In this document: positions 49,469 through 60,837 of the stretch, piece by piece | Layout of the letters: every line of letters begins with the position of its first letter | Position numbering within the stretch: the first letter of the stretch is position 1 | From: Candidatus Bathyarchaeota archaeon | GTDB lineage: Archaea > Thermoproteota > Bathyarchaeia > Bathyarchaeales > Bathycorpusculaceae | Direction of reading: 5' to 3' | DNA: 64,000 bases | Assembly (NCBI GenBank): GCA_963775685.1 | Contig: CAVZJV010000005.1 | Location: 64,001-128,000, forward strand | Position numbers and translations under genes: made by a program | The notes under the pieces: generated by a model | Seen by the model: only the letters and a program-made list of their open reading frames with translations | Database searches by the model: none | What the model was told of the DNA's origin: nothing

Positions 49469-50956
49469 TCAAATCTTTTTGTCGTCGACTCTTGGCGCCT
49501 CTTTGGGTATTTTGGAGTTAGCCAGGGCATCCTCGATGGTTTTTCCTTCGCTTATCTTCATGTCGTAAGCTGAGGCATAATTTCGGGCATTTTCAGTCAG
49601 ACCGGGTATAACAAATATCAGCGAATCACATTCAATATCATTTATCATGCCGTAGATTCGGGTCATTTCTCGCACATCAAGGGGTTTGCTGGAAATTAAA
49701 ACTTCAATGACGGTGTTGCCATTATCTTTCCGCAATGCAGATTTTCTTATAATCGGGTTAAAGGGCTCTATCCACCCAACTCTGCCTAACACAAGAATAT
49801 CAAACAAGTGCTGAGTGCCAGACCTTCCGCTCACAAACGCCGGAGTAACAATAGTATATCCTAAAGACTTGAAGAAATTAGCACAGACTTCAATGGGTTT
49901 TATCTGCTGTAGTTCCTGCATGGTCAATTCAGAGTTTGCAGTATACTCGTAGAGGAGCACTTCAGGTTCTTCATCGAGTTGAGCTGTTGATCCACAGTCG
50001 TCGCATTTAACCACCAGCAAAGGTTCCTTGCTTCGAACGTTACAATTAAGACATGTGTACGCAGTAGGCAACACTCGGTAATCTGAGCCAACAAGCTGTA
50101 ATTTGTCTTTGCATTTGGGACACACAAGGTCTTTATTTGCAGTTTCAAATACAGTTTGTGTATCTATAGTTCCGCAAGAGAGGTGTTCTATGATTCCTTC
50201 TTTGCGTAACCTCAACGATAAACATTCAGGACACAACTTCTTGATTCTAACGCTTGCAGAGGCACATGCCACGCAAACGACAACTTTGTCTATGAGCTCT
50301 GCTTTTAGGAACCCCTTTCGAACAAGGGAGTTAAGTGTCTGTCTTGCCCTTTTAGTATCCCAATCCAACTGGGGAAAACCATCATAGAAATAGCCCTCGG
50401 GTCTTGACGAGTCGGCGATAGGCACAATTTCTTTAACCTTTCCGTAGAGGAAAAGCTCCATTAGGTTCTGTTCATCTTTCCGCAATCCTTGCTCATCAAC
50501 AAAATCTGTGATTTCTTGATTTTTTGGCAACATCGATGTCGAGGTCCCGCCATTCATAAAGGTAACCTCGTTACCGTTATTGCTGAATCCATTGCTTGGT
50601 TTTTTGGAACTTTTTAACTCAGGAATTTTCAACTTATTTTTGCGTTTACTACGTAATTCATCTATCCTCAATGCCACTACAAAGCCTACGGATAAAGAAG
50701 TCTCTAGAATCAATATCAATATTATTGCTACCATAAATGGGGCGTTTGACCCAAGGCCGGTCAAGGACGTTAATGCATAGTAGAAACTGTCAAAGAAATA
50801 GATGGAAACTATACTTGCACTATAATAAAATGCGGGTATGGAAAGTCCAATTCCTGAAATAATTGAAAAAACGTATAAGGCCAAAACTTTTCTTTTCAAA
50901 GTCTTAATCGGAACTACCTTAAATACGAACCCTAGAAGGAGTCCTATAAGAAGCAT
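49469..50956 (-). CDS. Membrane-anchored multi-zinc-finger (TackOD1-like) protein with a C-terminal restriction-endonuclease-like fold
   Basis: N-terminal TM helices, a CxxC/HxxCG/CPKC array, and 'GRSGTQHLFDI'. Confidence 0.6.
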   Translation of the reverse strand: MLLIGLLLGFVFKVVPIKTLKRKVLALYVFSIISGIGLSIPAFYYSASIVSIYFFDSFYYALTSLTGLGSNAPFMVAIILILILETSLSVGFVVALRIDELRSKRKNKLKIPELKSSKKPSNGFSNNGNEVTFMNGGTSTSMLPKNQEITDFVDEQGLRKDEQNLMELFLYGKVKEIVPIADSSRPEGYFYDGFPQLDWDTKRARQTLNSLVRKGFLKAELIDKVVVCVACASASVRIKKLCPECLSLRLRKEGIIEHLSCGTIDTQTVFETANKDLVCPKCKDKLQLVGSDYRVLPTAYTCLNCNVRSKEPLLVVKCDDCGSTAQLDEEPEVLLYEYTANSELTMQELQQIKPIEVCANFFKSLGYTIVTPAFVSGRSGTQHLFDILVLGRVGWIEPFNPIIRKSALRKDNGNTVIEVLISSKPLDVREMTRIYGMINDIECDSLIFVIPGLTENARNYASAYDMKISEGKTIEDALANSKIPKEAPRVDDKKI

Positions 50957-51274
50957 GAATAGGGGTGCAACAGGAAAGAGAATATTTGCTATTCTTGGTC
51001 ACCTTTCAAACTTTATCCATTAGGGCTTGCTTCTAAGATAAGCATTTTTGAGAAACAGAATTTACCTATTTTTCCAATTTTAATTCAGCCAAGAAGATTC
51101 AGATAAAATGAATGCGAAATTACCTTATCTAAATTAGAAAAGTATAATTCTCATATAAATAAAAAAGTTGATGGCTAGAAAAATCAATATGAAAAACACC
51201 AAGCGGATTTACTCTATTTTAGCTCTAAAATAAGTCTTAGTTACAGTCATATTGCATCATGTTTATCCTTACAT

Positions 51275-51670
51275 CTATTTGATGGTTTTCTGAGTCGGCG
51301 GAGGAGGTACAGGTAGCACGGTCGCTTTTGAAAGGTTTTCTTGCTCATTAAGGATTAGCGAAATTGCCTTGCCTTCAGGTACAATTATCTTAGTGTTGTT
51401 CTGCAGTGATGCTGAAATCGTATCCAGTTGCTTAAAGGTGATGGCGCTGTCTTTGAAGTACGTGGTTAGTGCCTCATTTCTCAACTTGGTGGCTTGCGCG
51501 TCCCCTTCAGCTATGGCAATAGTTGCGGTTTTCTGACCCTCGGCTTGCAAGATGGCGGCTTGTTTTTGGCCTTCAGCAACTTGAATCGCAGCGTTTTTCT
51601 GTCCACTTGCCAACGTGGCCTGAGCTATAGCTGTTTTTTCCGCAGCTTGTCTTTCGTTGTCCCGAACAAC
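51275..51670 (-). pseudogene. C-terminal fragment of an SPFH/band-7 protein
   Basis: AEKTAIA and repeated AEGQK.AAI units. The N-terminal SPFH domain is absent. Confidence 0.65.
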
Positions 51671-51958
51671 TCATGTTGCTGAAGAATTTTGAACTTCACG
51701 ACAAACACAAATCCAGATGGACACGTAAAATCATACCAGAAAACAAAGCATAATTCTCAAAGGCAACCACATAGTCATAACCCGAGTAATAGAGTTGTTC
51801 GAGTCAACCATGCCTGGAGCATTAATGCTAGATGAACTCGAAGCATGGTTCTTCAAATTTGATTTCCATAATTTCTGGGCGCAGAGGATAGAGTGCCAAA
51901 AAAACTTGAAGAAAAGGAAATAAAGAAAGGCAAACTTAAACATTAAGAGAAGGCCGCT

Positions 51959-52159
51959 TTGAACTCAAAAATTGGATTTTTAGTTACCATAATCGTCACA
52001 ATCATCATTGGAGTTTATGGCATAGAATTGGGTATTCGTGTTGCAACAGGCAGCGGACAACCAGAATACTTAACTGTGGTTTTGATAGTGTTGGCATTAC
52101 TGACGCTTACCGACATTATACTTTATCGACGTTTGCACAGCATCAAAACCGATCTTTAG
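51959..52159 (+). CDS. Small two-TM protein
   Basis: Two hydrophobic helices. Confidence 0.5.
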   Translation: MNSKIGFLVTIIVTIIIGVYGIELGIRVATGSGQPEYLTVVLIVLALLTLTDIILYRRLHSIKTDL

Positions 52160-52262
52160 TATTTGAAACAGAGTTTGTTGCCTATATAATAAGGAGCAGT
52201 CCGAGACAAACACACATAACCGTTTCATGCAGTACATTTCAACCTAAACTATTATTGATTGC

Positions 52263-52682
52263 ATGAAGCTTATATCGGCAGATTACAAAAGTAATATGAT
52301 TGCAATGTGTCCATTTCAAATAGAAAAGTGCCAAGTTGTTTGGTCTAAAGATTCTCCTTCAGAAAATGATAGACAATCAATAATCAAAGAATTAAGAGAT
52401 ATGTCTTTTGAAATCCAAGAAGCGGTTAATTTCACTAAAGAATTAAGCGAAGTCAAAATGAATGAAGTCAAGTTTTGGCTAAGTACAGAAGGTGAAATTG
52501 GCTATACTTTATCGATTTACTATGATGTTCATGCTAGAGCATGGGGTATGATGCTTGAAGAAAATGAAGCAAAAGATAATTCCCCTAAAGTCTTGGGTGA
52601 AATTGCCTGTACAGATCCTATGACCTTAAGCTTTATTACACCTGAAAATATTCTAAAAACGGAACCTCTTTCCAATATTTAG
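52263..52682 (+). CDS. Hypothetical protein
   Basis: 139-aa ORF. Confidence 0.5.
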   Translation: MKLISADYKSNMIAMCPFQIEKCQVVWSKDSPSENDRQSIIKELRDMSFEIQEAVNFTKELSEVKMNEVKFWLSTEGEIGYTLSIYYDVHARAWGMMLEENEAKDNSPKVLGEIACTDPMTLSFITPENILKTEPLSNI

Positions 52683-52870
52683 AATACTTATTGTCTTTAA
52701 CTTTATTTTTGGGTTAACGCCTAAAATTTTTCAAGCGTTTTCTCATCGATCTTTTCAGCTGAGGACAGATTTCAAGCAGCCGCATAAATAATGAGATAAG
52801 GGATAGTCTGAGCCGAAACCGAATAAGCATTTCTATGCAATACGTTTCTGTGAATCCTCAAATTTAGAAA

Positions 52871-53227
52871 TTAACCAATCCTAGCATTAAATGCAACTAA
52901 ACCGTCTTCCGTTTTGCTGGAAACAAAAAATGGAATAACAGCTTTTAACTCAACGAAATATGCCCTCAGCAGACTCTGCCCTTTCTTTGTAATTCGGTAT
53001 TGCTTGCGGGCTTTTCCTAAGAGCGAACTCCCAGTTTGAACCTATGAGTCCATGTTTCTCTAAACGTTTAAGTTCAGGGTATATTGTCGATGCGCCCAAA
53101 CGTATTCCGAATTTTTTATGCACTGCCGTTAAGATTGCGTAGCCGTAAGTCCGCGGTCGGAAGTGTCGTTTATGAGGTTTAGCAGGATGCTTTCGAGAAT
53201 AGCGCCATGAAAGATTTTTTTGATCAT
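52871..53227 (-). pseudogene. PadR-like winged-helix regulator, frameshifted
   Basis: Fragments ESILLNLI, KKFGIRLGASTIYPELKRLEKHGLI and YRITKKG in different frames. Confidence 0.7.
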
Positions 53228-53802
53228 AATTCTTGCTCCTTAAATCGTTTCAAAACTCGAACTAACTGATATATTTAGAGTGAAGATTAAATATATAAAA
53301 CCATGTTGTAGCAAAGCAACTACAACAACCTGCAAGGGCTTCCTGCGGTTGACGAAATAATGAAATCGATGATTTCTGACCTAAGAAAAGACATTTACCG
53401 CCAATGATAAAAAAAGGCAGGAGTTAGAGCGACTGCTTGATGGAGCATGAGAGTTCAAAGCAAATATCGTAAACCTCATGTGTGTTTGAGAGTAAGCTTG
53501 ACCCATGCTGCACTGTAATTACCTAATGTGACTTTAACAAGCGTTGCTCCACATCTTGGCAAATTCCCTGTCGTATTGCTGCCTGTTTTTTCTGTGAGAC
53601 TTTTTCTCCGTACTCTGTAGATTTTTTAGCGGAAAATGTTTCTTAAAATACCAAACAAAGAATAGAACGCCATTCCCAGCATTATTTGCCTTCTGAAACA
53701 GGAATCTAAAAGCTACATTTTTAATTTTGGGAAAAAATTTTGTGCAAAAAAATTAGTGCGAATCAAAAAATGCTAAACGTATTCAGACTATTTCATTTCA
53801 AT

Positions 53803-55556
53803 TTAATTAAACATCCGAACTTGCGGGAACTCACTTCTTGGAAGCTTGATAGGCAAGTTAATAGTGATAGTTGTTCCTATACCAACCGCGCTTTTTACAG
53901 CAATCTTTCCGCCATGGGCTTCCACAATCCGCTTGCATATTGCCAGGCCCATTCCCATTCCTTTTGCCTTGGTGGTTACAAGGGGGGAGAAAATCTTTGG
54001 CAAAATGTCCGCAGGTATGCCTCTACCCGAATCAGTGAAAGCTATTTCGATATCTTTTTCCTTCAATACATTTTGTATTTTTATTATTCCTTTTTCCGGT
54101 TGAGCGTCTACGGCGTTTTTTATAATGCTAGTGAAAACTTTCTCTATTCTTTGCGCATCAAGAAACATTTTGTTTTCACTCGTTGCGTCGTTTATTATGT
54201 TAATGCGATCTGGAACTTGAATAGCTGATAGGGAATGCAGTACAAGCGAATTAGGTGTGCACTGCTCCGGCTGCAAAAATAGTTCGCTCGCTAATCTACT
54301 AAACTGCTGATGATTCTATTCGAGTCTTCAATTGCGATGTCCATAGTTGCCAAAGTCGCATGCATTTCAGTTTCCGTGAGTCGCCCGCTTTTCTTTCTCA
54401 GAATGTATACGGAGTTTTTGAGTCCTGCTAATGGGTTACGTAGGTCATGTCCAACCTGCCCTGCTAGTTCGCCAATGGATGCAAGCCTTTCAGCTTTAAC
54501 GAGCATTTCCTCCATCTTTTTGTGTTCAGTAATGTCGTGAATGATGCATGCCATCCCGATGGCTCGTCCCGTTTTGCTATGGACGATGGAGCCAGAAAAA
54601 AGTACATGCCGTTTCTCTCCTGATTTAGTTTGGAAAATTAGTTCATGGTTTCGGATGATTTCTTTTTCCGAAAACACTTTCAAAACTTTCTTACAGGATG
54701 TTGCTTGGGTTTCGTCACACAACTGCACGATTGATTTGTCGATCAATTCTTTATCTGAATAACCCAAGAAATCCATTAACCGTTCATTCACTCTAAGAAT
54801 TTTTGACTCCGTATCCGCTAAGATTAGAGAGTCAGGTATCGTTGAAAGAATGTTGTCTGCTGCTAATGCCGCGTCAAAAGTAAATAAGTCATACTTAACA
54901 ACCGCGTATCCAACAAAACAGCTAAAAAACAAGGTAGCTATGAACCCAAGATTTGGAATATCCATGTCAATCATTCGCGCCACCATGTTGGTACTTATGA
55001 ATGCGGCAATAGGGATAGCGAAGCCTATCGTAACATATTTTCTCCGCTGCCTTTGAAGGGTGTCATTTGCCTGACGATAGTATCTGAAACATAAAACAAA
55101 GGCCAAAATTGGCAGCGCTATGGTCCAAATAATGGAACCATAATAAATCCAACTTCCTGAAGCAACGTCATTATACCCCCAATACTCCATGACTGGAGAT
55201 CTATTTATTAGGCTAGTGGAAAAATCGATAAGCCAAAATGCCACAGCGGGTAAAAATAAGATTAGGTAGTTTAGCTTGTTTTTTATCCATTTGTTTTCTG
55301 TGAAAACCAGTCCTAAAGTAGCTACTAGAGCTACGAAAAAAGGCCATATGGTGCCCATCTTGTTCCAGAAAGACGCACTTGCTAAGTCGGTTGCTGTCCA
55401 CATCATAACTGTCGTGAATGAATAGAAAAAAGCAGCTAAAGCTGTCAAAAGGAAGATTTTGTTGAGAATTGATTTTCTGTTAAATGAGTATACGATTATG
55501 CCTAGAAACAAGCAACTAATGCTTGCGAATAACGAAAGCGCAGCAAATATGTTCAC
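53803..55556 (-). CDS. Membrane sensor histidine kinase (7TM-PAS-HisKA-HATPase), split by a one-base deletion near 54291
   Basis: About 7 TM helices, PAS, HDLRNPL. Restoring TAC gives VDYASELFLQPE, in frame with the N, G1, F and G2 boxes (DSGRGI, TTKAKGMGMGL). Confidence 0.85.
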
Positions 55557-56212
55557 CGATTGTTTATCTCCTACAGTTTAATCAAATTTTCACATCAATG
55601 ACTCATCATACGTTCGATCTTGATTTTGACTCTTTTTCACAGAATATAAATAGGCTATAAAATTGGATTTAAAACATATGAATTACTAATTAATATCCGG
55701 TGCTTCAAAGCAATCTTGGGCTCAAGAAACAATCCCTTCCTTCCCCTACTGCACAACCACCCCATTTTGTTTCCCTACGCGTTTGTCAACTCTGGAGCCT
55801 TTTCAAATCGTGGCTGTCGTCACCGTTTCAGGAGCATTGATTTGCGATGATGGTATGTTGGCCTAACTCAATAAAAAAGAAGCTAACCGAGGCATTCCAA
55901 AATCTGGGTCCCATAGAAGGAGAAGCTTTTCAGGTTTTATCTTATCATCAGAAATTAAAAATCAAATAAATAAAATCTAACATATCTACTCTTTACCCGG
56001 CAGTTTCCGGCAGACCTTTGCCCTTACAATGTACCTGGTATGGCGACATTGGCGAAACTATATTTTGATAAAAAAGATGGATTTGAACGTACGCAGCGAC
56101 TCAAGAATAAACAACTAAATATAAGACAACCTTAGCAGAAAACGCATTACCTTCTTAGTACAGTATATTTAAACTACGCATTAAAACTAATTCAGAAGCA
56201 TAAAAAACTGTT

Positions 56213-56365
56213 TTACTTCTTTGAATTATCGGCTTGGGTCTGTCTCGAACGATTATCGTTGGCTTGCTTCTGCCTCGAACTATTGGCAGCATTTGCTCTT
56301 CTTGCTATACTGCTCCTATTTGGAGAAGAGGTTGTCGATCCTTCTGGTCTGTGTTGTTTACGCAA
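56213..56365 (-). CDS. Possible small disordered peptide with an internal repeat
   Basis: GGTGA precedes a TTG start. MRKQHRPEG...NSSRQKQANDNRSRQTQADNSKK*. Confidence 0.3.
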   Translation of the reverse strand: MRKQHRPEGSTTSSPNRSSIARRANAANSSRQKQANDNRSRQTQADNSKK

Positions 56366-56813
56366 AAATATTCACCTAAATTATATAGCACTTTGTTCTT
56401 AATTTGTCTTACATTGAAACCCGAAACGTGTAATTTTGATTTTTTTTTACTTAATGCAGCCAATATTTGACCGGAAATAGCTGATCATACTGCAAGAATA
56501 TTTACAATAAGACTGCAGATAAGTGTCCCCATTGCGGAGCAAAAGTCTAATTCTATTCCGCCCACTAGGAATAACTAAGAATATCATTGTTGATTCTTGG
56601 TTGATTGGGTCCAATTGACCTAATGATCTGAATAAAAACTAAATTTTCCGTAATGATGCCTGTCTTTCAAATGAGCCAGTTGGTATAGCTACAACATATT
56701 CTAAGAAATGTTAGCTCTTCAGCCTTCCTTTTTTAACTGTCTCTCCATTACGGGTGTTAGTCGTTTAAACGTTTTGCTTTTTAAAGTCGTCAGGAAATAG
56801 CCATGTGAGTTTT

Positions 56814-56984
56814 ATGGTTGATTGTCTAGAGCCTTGTGATGCTTTCGGCAAATACATAGGCGGCGGGTTCCATTGTTGCAGAAAATGCAAGATTTACTTC
56901 TGTTTCTACTGCTCGCTCTAACTTCCAACAATTCAAAATACAATAAAGAGAAAATGTCCTATGTGTGGTGAAAAATTCAAGTAG
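56814..56984 (+). pseudogene. Small RING-like Cys-rich gene with an internal TAA
   Basis: MVDCLEPCD...CCRKCKIYFCFYCSL*...CPMCGEKFK*. Confidence 0.55.
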
Positions 56985-57282
56985 CTGCCACACTCCATAT
57001 GCAAGTTAAATACTTCCCAAACAAAAAGCCCTTCTTCATGTTAAAGAGCAACCCTCAGATTATGTAGGGCAACATGAAAAATTGGAAGATAACGCGCTAT
57101 GGACACACGGGCAAAGCAAAAGAGAACACAAGAATAAACTCTGAAATCAAAAGGCAGCCTTAGCCGAAAAAGGATAACTGTCTCTATGCAGTTTGTTCCG
57201 ACAAAAAGAGGTTTACTCCATTAAGAAAGCCTTGCAATCCAAAGTGTTAAATACCCCATAACATTTATGTACTTAAGCACAT

Positions 57283-57296
57283 ATGCTTATAAGCAT
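57283..57296. promoter_or_regulatory. Palindromic operator candidate
   Basis: Perfect 14-bp palindrome ATGCTTATAAGCAT next to TTTATATA, upstream of the RHH gene. Confidence 0.4.
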
Positions 57297-57408
57297 GTAT
57301 ACACATATATGTTTATATAAATAAGCGAACTCAAGCGAATGAAAAATGGTAAAAACCTGCAATTGTAAATAACTCGCTTATTTCAAAAATAGTGACACGT
57401 GACTAAAA

Positions 57409-57552
57409 ATGGGCCGAATTAACGTTGACATTCAAGATGAATTAGAAAGACAGCTAAGACTAAAAACTGTGGAGAAATTCGGCGGCAAAAAAGGCGACTT
57501 ATCCAAAGCAGTCCAAGAAGCAGTAAGAACATGGATTAACATCAAACAATAA
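57409..57552 (+). CDS. Ribbon-helix-helix protein (47 aa)
   Basis: MGRINVDIQDELERQLR...KKGDLSKAVQEAVRTW. Confidence 0.75.
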   Translation: MGRINVDIQDELERQLRLKTVEKFGGKKGDLSKAVQEAVRTWINIKQ

Positions 57553-57762
57553 AGTCGCCTCCTCAAAATACTGATAACTATATTATAAGAAGCCTATGTA
57601 AAAGCCTGGGCAATCCAGTTAGCCTGGAACATCCTCGTATGAGGGTTATGGGCAATATATCTGGAAAGTTCCCATTGCAAAATAGTTCAAAGCAAAGCTA
57701 CAACATTATTGTTAGCCCGCTCAGAAAGAAAATTCGAGAATATTCTCGCAGATTAATATTAA

Positions 57763-58755
57763 TTGAATGGAGTCAGAAAAATGAGTATAACCCAAATGAG
57801 TATAACTAAAGAAGTTCCATTAATTCATTCGCACTCAGTTGATAAGTGCCCTGAATGCATAAGCAAAAATCTCGTTCACGACAACGACTCCGGCGAAACT
57901 ATCTGTGGTGACTGCGGCTTAGTTGTCTATGAACAAATGATGGATAAAGGTCCTGAGTGGCGCGCTTTTACTTCAGAAGAAAAAGCGTCAAGAAGCCGCG
58001 TCGGCATGCCAACATCATATTCGATTCATGATAAAGGATTATCAACAGTCATAAGCCAAGTTGACAGAGACGCATTTGGAAGAAAATTGCCGATGTCTAC
58101 TAGATTGCAGATGTGGCGTCTTAGGAAATGGCAAATACGCAGCCGGGTACATTCATCCACCGACCGAAATCTCGCACAAGCAATGTCTGAACTTGAACGT
58201 TTATCAAGCAAAGTAAACATTTCAGCACCAATCAAAGAAAAAGCCGCCGTCGCTTACAGAAAAGCACTTGAAAAAGGCTTAGTCCGAGGAAGATCAATCA
58301 ACGCAATCGCCGCAGCAGCACTATATGCCGCATGCCGCAAAAGCGGATCACCCAAAACCCTTAGCGAAATCTCGCAAGCAAGTCTAGTGAACAAGAAAGA
58401 TGTAGCCAGATGCTATCGACTGCTGCTGCAAAAACTCGATTTTCACATGCCAATTTCCGACCCCCTAACATACGTTTCAAAAATTGCAGAAAAAACAGGA
58501 ATCTCAGGCAAAACACAAGGCGCAGCTATAGCAATACTCAGAGAGGCTAGACAAAAACGATTTTCAGCAGGAAAAGATCCAATGGGATTAGCTGCAGCCG
58601 CACTCTATATCGCATGCCTACAGAACGCCGAAAAAAACACACAAGAAAACATCGCAAAAGCATCCGGAGTCACCGAAGTTACAGTCAGAAACAGATACAA
58701 GAACCTAATAAAGCAGCTTCACATAGAAATACCCGACCGAAAAACTTGTTTCTAG
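57763..58755 (+). CDS. tfb: Transcription initiation factor IIB (TFB)
   Basis: CPEC..CGDCG Zn ribbon, GPEWRAF, HDKGLST, two cyclin repeats and VTEVTVRNRYK. Confidence 0.96.
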   Translation: MNGVRKMSITQMSITKEVPLIHSHSVDKCPECISKNLVHDNDSGETICGDCGLVVYEQMMDKGPEWRAFTSEEKASRSRVGMPTSYSIHDKGLSTVISQVDRDAFGRKLPMSTRLQMWRLRKWQIRSRVHSSTDRNLAQAMSELERLSSKVNISAPIKEKAAVAYRKALEKGLVRGRSINAIAAAALYAACRKSGSPKTLSEISQASLVNKKDVARCYRLLLQKLDFHMPISDPLTYVSKIAEKTGISGKTQGAAIAILREARQKRFSAGKDPMGLAAAALYIACLQNAEKNTQENIAKASGVTEVTVRNRYKNLIKQLHIEIPDRKTCF

Positions 58756-58878
58756 TTTTCTTTGCATTTTCTTATTATTTTCAACAGAAACAGGTTCCAA
58801 CACAAGCTCAAATGTCCAATATTAAAGTTGAAAAGAAAAAATTCATAACACCGAATCAATTTCTTATGTGTAGAGAAA

Positions 58879-59848
58879 ATGAATTTTTATAAGCCAATGC
58901 TTGGTAAACCAATTTCTAAGCCTTTTTCTGGAAAGAGATTGGATTTTTGAGACTAAATGGGATGGTTTTCGAGCCATTGCTTACGTGAAAGATAATTTGT
59001 TTACAATTCAAAGTAGAAATGGCAACGAGTTTAAACGTAATTTTCCCGAGATTGAAGAAATCACTCAGTTAGCTAAAAATGTGGTTATTGACGGCGAAAT
59101 CGTTGTAATGAAACAGAGCAAGGTTGATTTTCATTCACTCCAGGAGAGAGGTCATCTTATTTCGGGCAAAGATATTAAGAAGTTACAGCGCGCCTTCCCT
59201 GCAACCTATATTGTGCTTGATTTTTTAGAAAAAGATGGCAAAACCTTTCGTTGACTTGTCGGTATTAGAAGAAAAGCTATTCTAAAAGAGTCAGTTAGAG
59301 AAGGCTCCCATTTAATCCTCAATGATTATGTCGAGGAGAAAGGCGAAAAATTCTACATAGCGATTTTGCAGCATGATCTTGAAGGGATGGTTGCCAAACG
59401 CAAGGACAGCACCTATGAGCAAGGGTTAAGAACCGGCAGCTGGTTGAAAGTCAAGAATTTGAAAACCTGCGACCGCGTAATTTTTGGCTATTCAAGAGGG
59501 TAAGGTGCAAGAGAATCAACTTTGGGCGCTCTAATAGTGGGAGTATACGATAATCAAGGAAAACCAGTTTACGTTGTTCATGTCGGCACCGGTTTCACCC
59601 AGCAATTGCTTGACTCTCTACTGGTTGAGTTTAAGAAAATCAAAACTAATGTTGCACCTTTTAGCGTTCGTGGAATGGAAGGGGTGACGTGGCTTGAGCC
59701 TAAGCTTGTTTGCGAAGTAATCTATCAGGTTGTGACAAAGGATTGCAGGTTAAGGATGCCACGCCTGCATACGTTAAGATTTGATAAAAATCCTGAGGAG
59801 TTCTCCATTGATCAAATTGAAGGAAAGGGTAAATGCTTCATAAAATAA
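58879..59848 (+). pseudogene. LigD-type ATP-dependent DNA ligase, disrupted
   Basis: KPML, ETKWDGFRA, IDGEIV, EGMVAKR, WLKVK, VGTGF and RMP motifs, with at least two frameshifts and an in-frame TAA near 59500. Confidence 0.85.
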
Positions 59849-59918
59849 TTCAAGGACAAATAAAAAAAAACCAGCTCTTAGCCTTCCACTTTTAACTATC
59901 CCTACACTATGGGTGTTA

Positions 59919-60029
59919 TGTTGTTTGAAATGTAAGATTTATTTTTGTTTCTTTTGTTCAATTCAACTTTCAGCGATGCAAAAGAAACCAAAGAAAGAAT
60001 GCCCTATGTGAGGTGGAAAATTCGAGTAA
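59919..60029 (+). pseudogene. Second remnant of the RING-like Cys-rich gene
   Basis: CCLKCKIYFCFFCSIQ...CPM*GGKFE*. Confidence 0.5.
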
Positions 60030-60522
60030 TACCCTTGTTCTTTCTATAGCTTGATTTAGTTATTTGGGAATTTGAAGTTGTAGTAAAGTAGAATAAATAA
60101 AGGAAAAAAATAGTGAACAAAAATAAATCACTGAAAAGAAGAAGAATTGTTGATTGCTGAGGCTCTGGAAGGGATTAAAGGGGAAAGGAAGAAAACTGCA
60201 AAACTTAACTATGACAATCCAGAGCCTTTTCAGCCATCTTTCCCAGTTCTCCCTGTGCCTTATTGGACTCTTTTGTAAATAAATTCTGTTAATTTCGAAT
60301 ATGAATCTAAATCAAGCAAAGCAAAAAAGAAAAAATTGGTTTATTCGATGCTTAAGTTCTTTTTAGTAGATGCTCTGTTGCGGGGTGCAAGTTTAACTCA
60401 GCGATCCCTACGTCAATTAGTCAAGTCAAATTTCATGCGAGAATTTGAGGGCGCTAGGAATATAAGTTGAATTTTAGATAGTAAAAACCATAAAGACTGC
60501 AAAAGATGGAGAGATGTTTTAG

Positions 60523-60837
60523 TTGAGTTCGACACCAAGTGAGTCTGAAAAGAAAGAGCAAGAACCAAGTCCAGTTGACATATCTTCTTTAGACATATAC
60601 CAGCTTATAGAAGTGTTTATCATGCTATTGAGCGAAAAAGCATGGCGTTATATAGGATTAAGGGTTGATCCGCGCACTAACAAAATAGATAAAGATCTCG
60701 CAAAAGCTAACGTTGCCATAGATTGTATAATCTCACTTGTCGACAAAATTGAGCCTAACCTAGTTAATGTAGAGATAGAACGTTTGCGAAGACTAATAAC
60801 AGATCTACAATTAAACTACGCTGAACAGCTGAAATAA
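60523..60837 (+). CDS. DUF1844-like protein
   Basis: AW..IGL..DP......DL..A..AID...L.DLQLNY pattern. Confidence 0.7.
   Translation: MSSTPSESEKKEQEPSPVDISSLDIYQLIEVFIMLLSEKAWRYIGLRVDPRTNKIDKDLAKANVAIDCIISLVDKIEPNLVNVEIERLRRLITDLQLNYAEQLK

Noticed and set aside
54291-54293. Pyrrolysine or read-through at the His kinase TAG
   Set aside because: The downstream ATPase domain is in a different frame, so this is a frameshift and not an in-frame stop.
60009-60011. Selenocysteine TGA at a Cys position
   Set aside because: This copy also lacks the N-terminal part, the paralog is separately disrupted, and TGT to TGA is a single substitution. No supporting Sec evidence is in the window.
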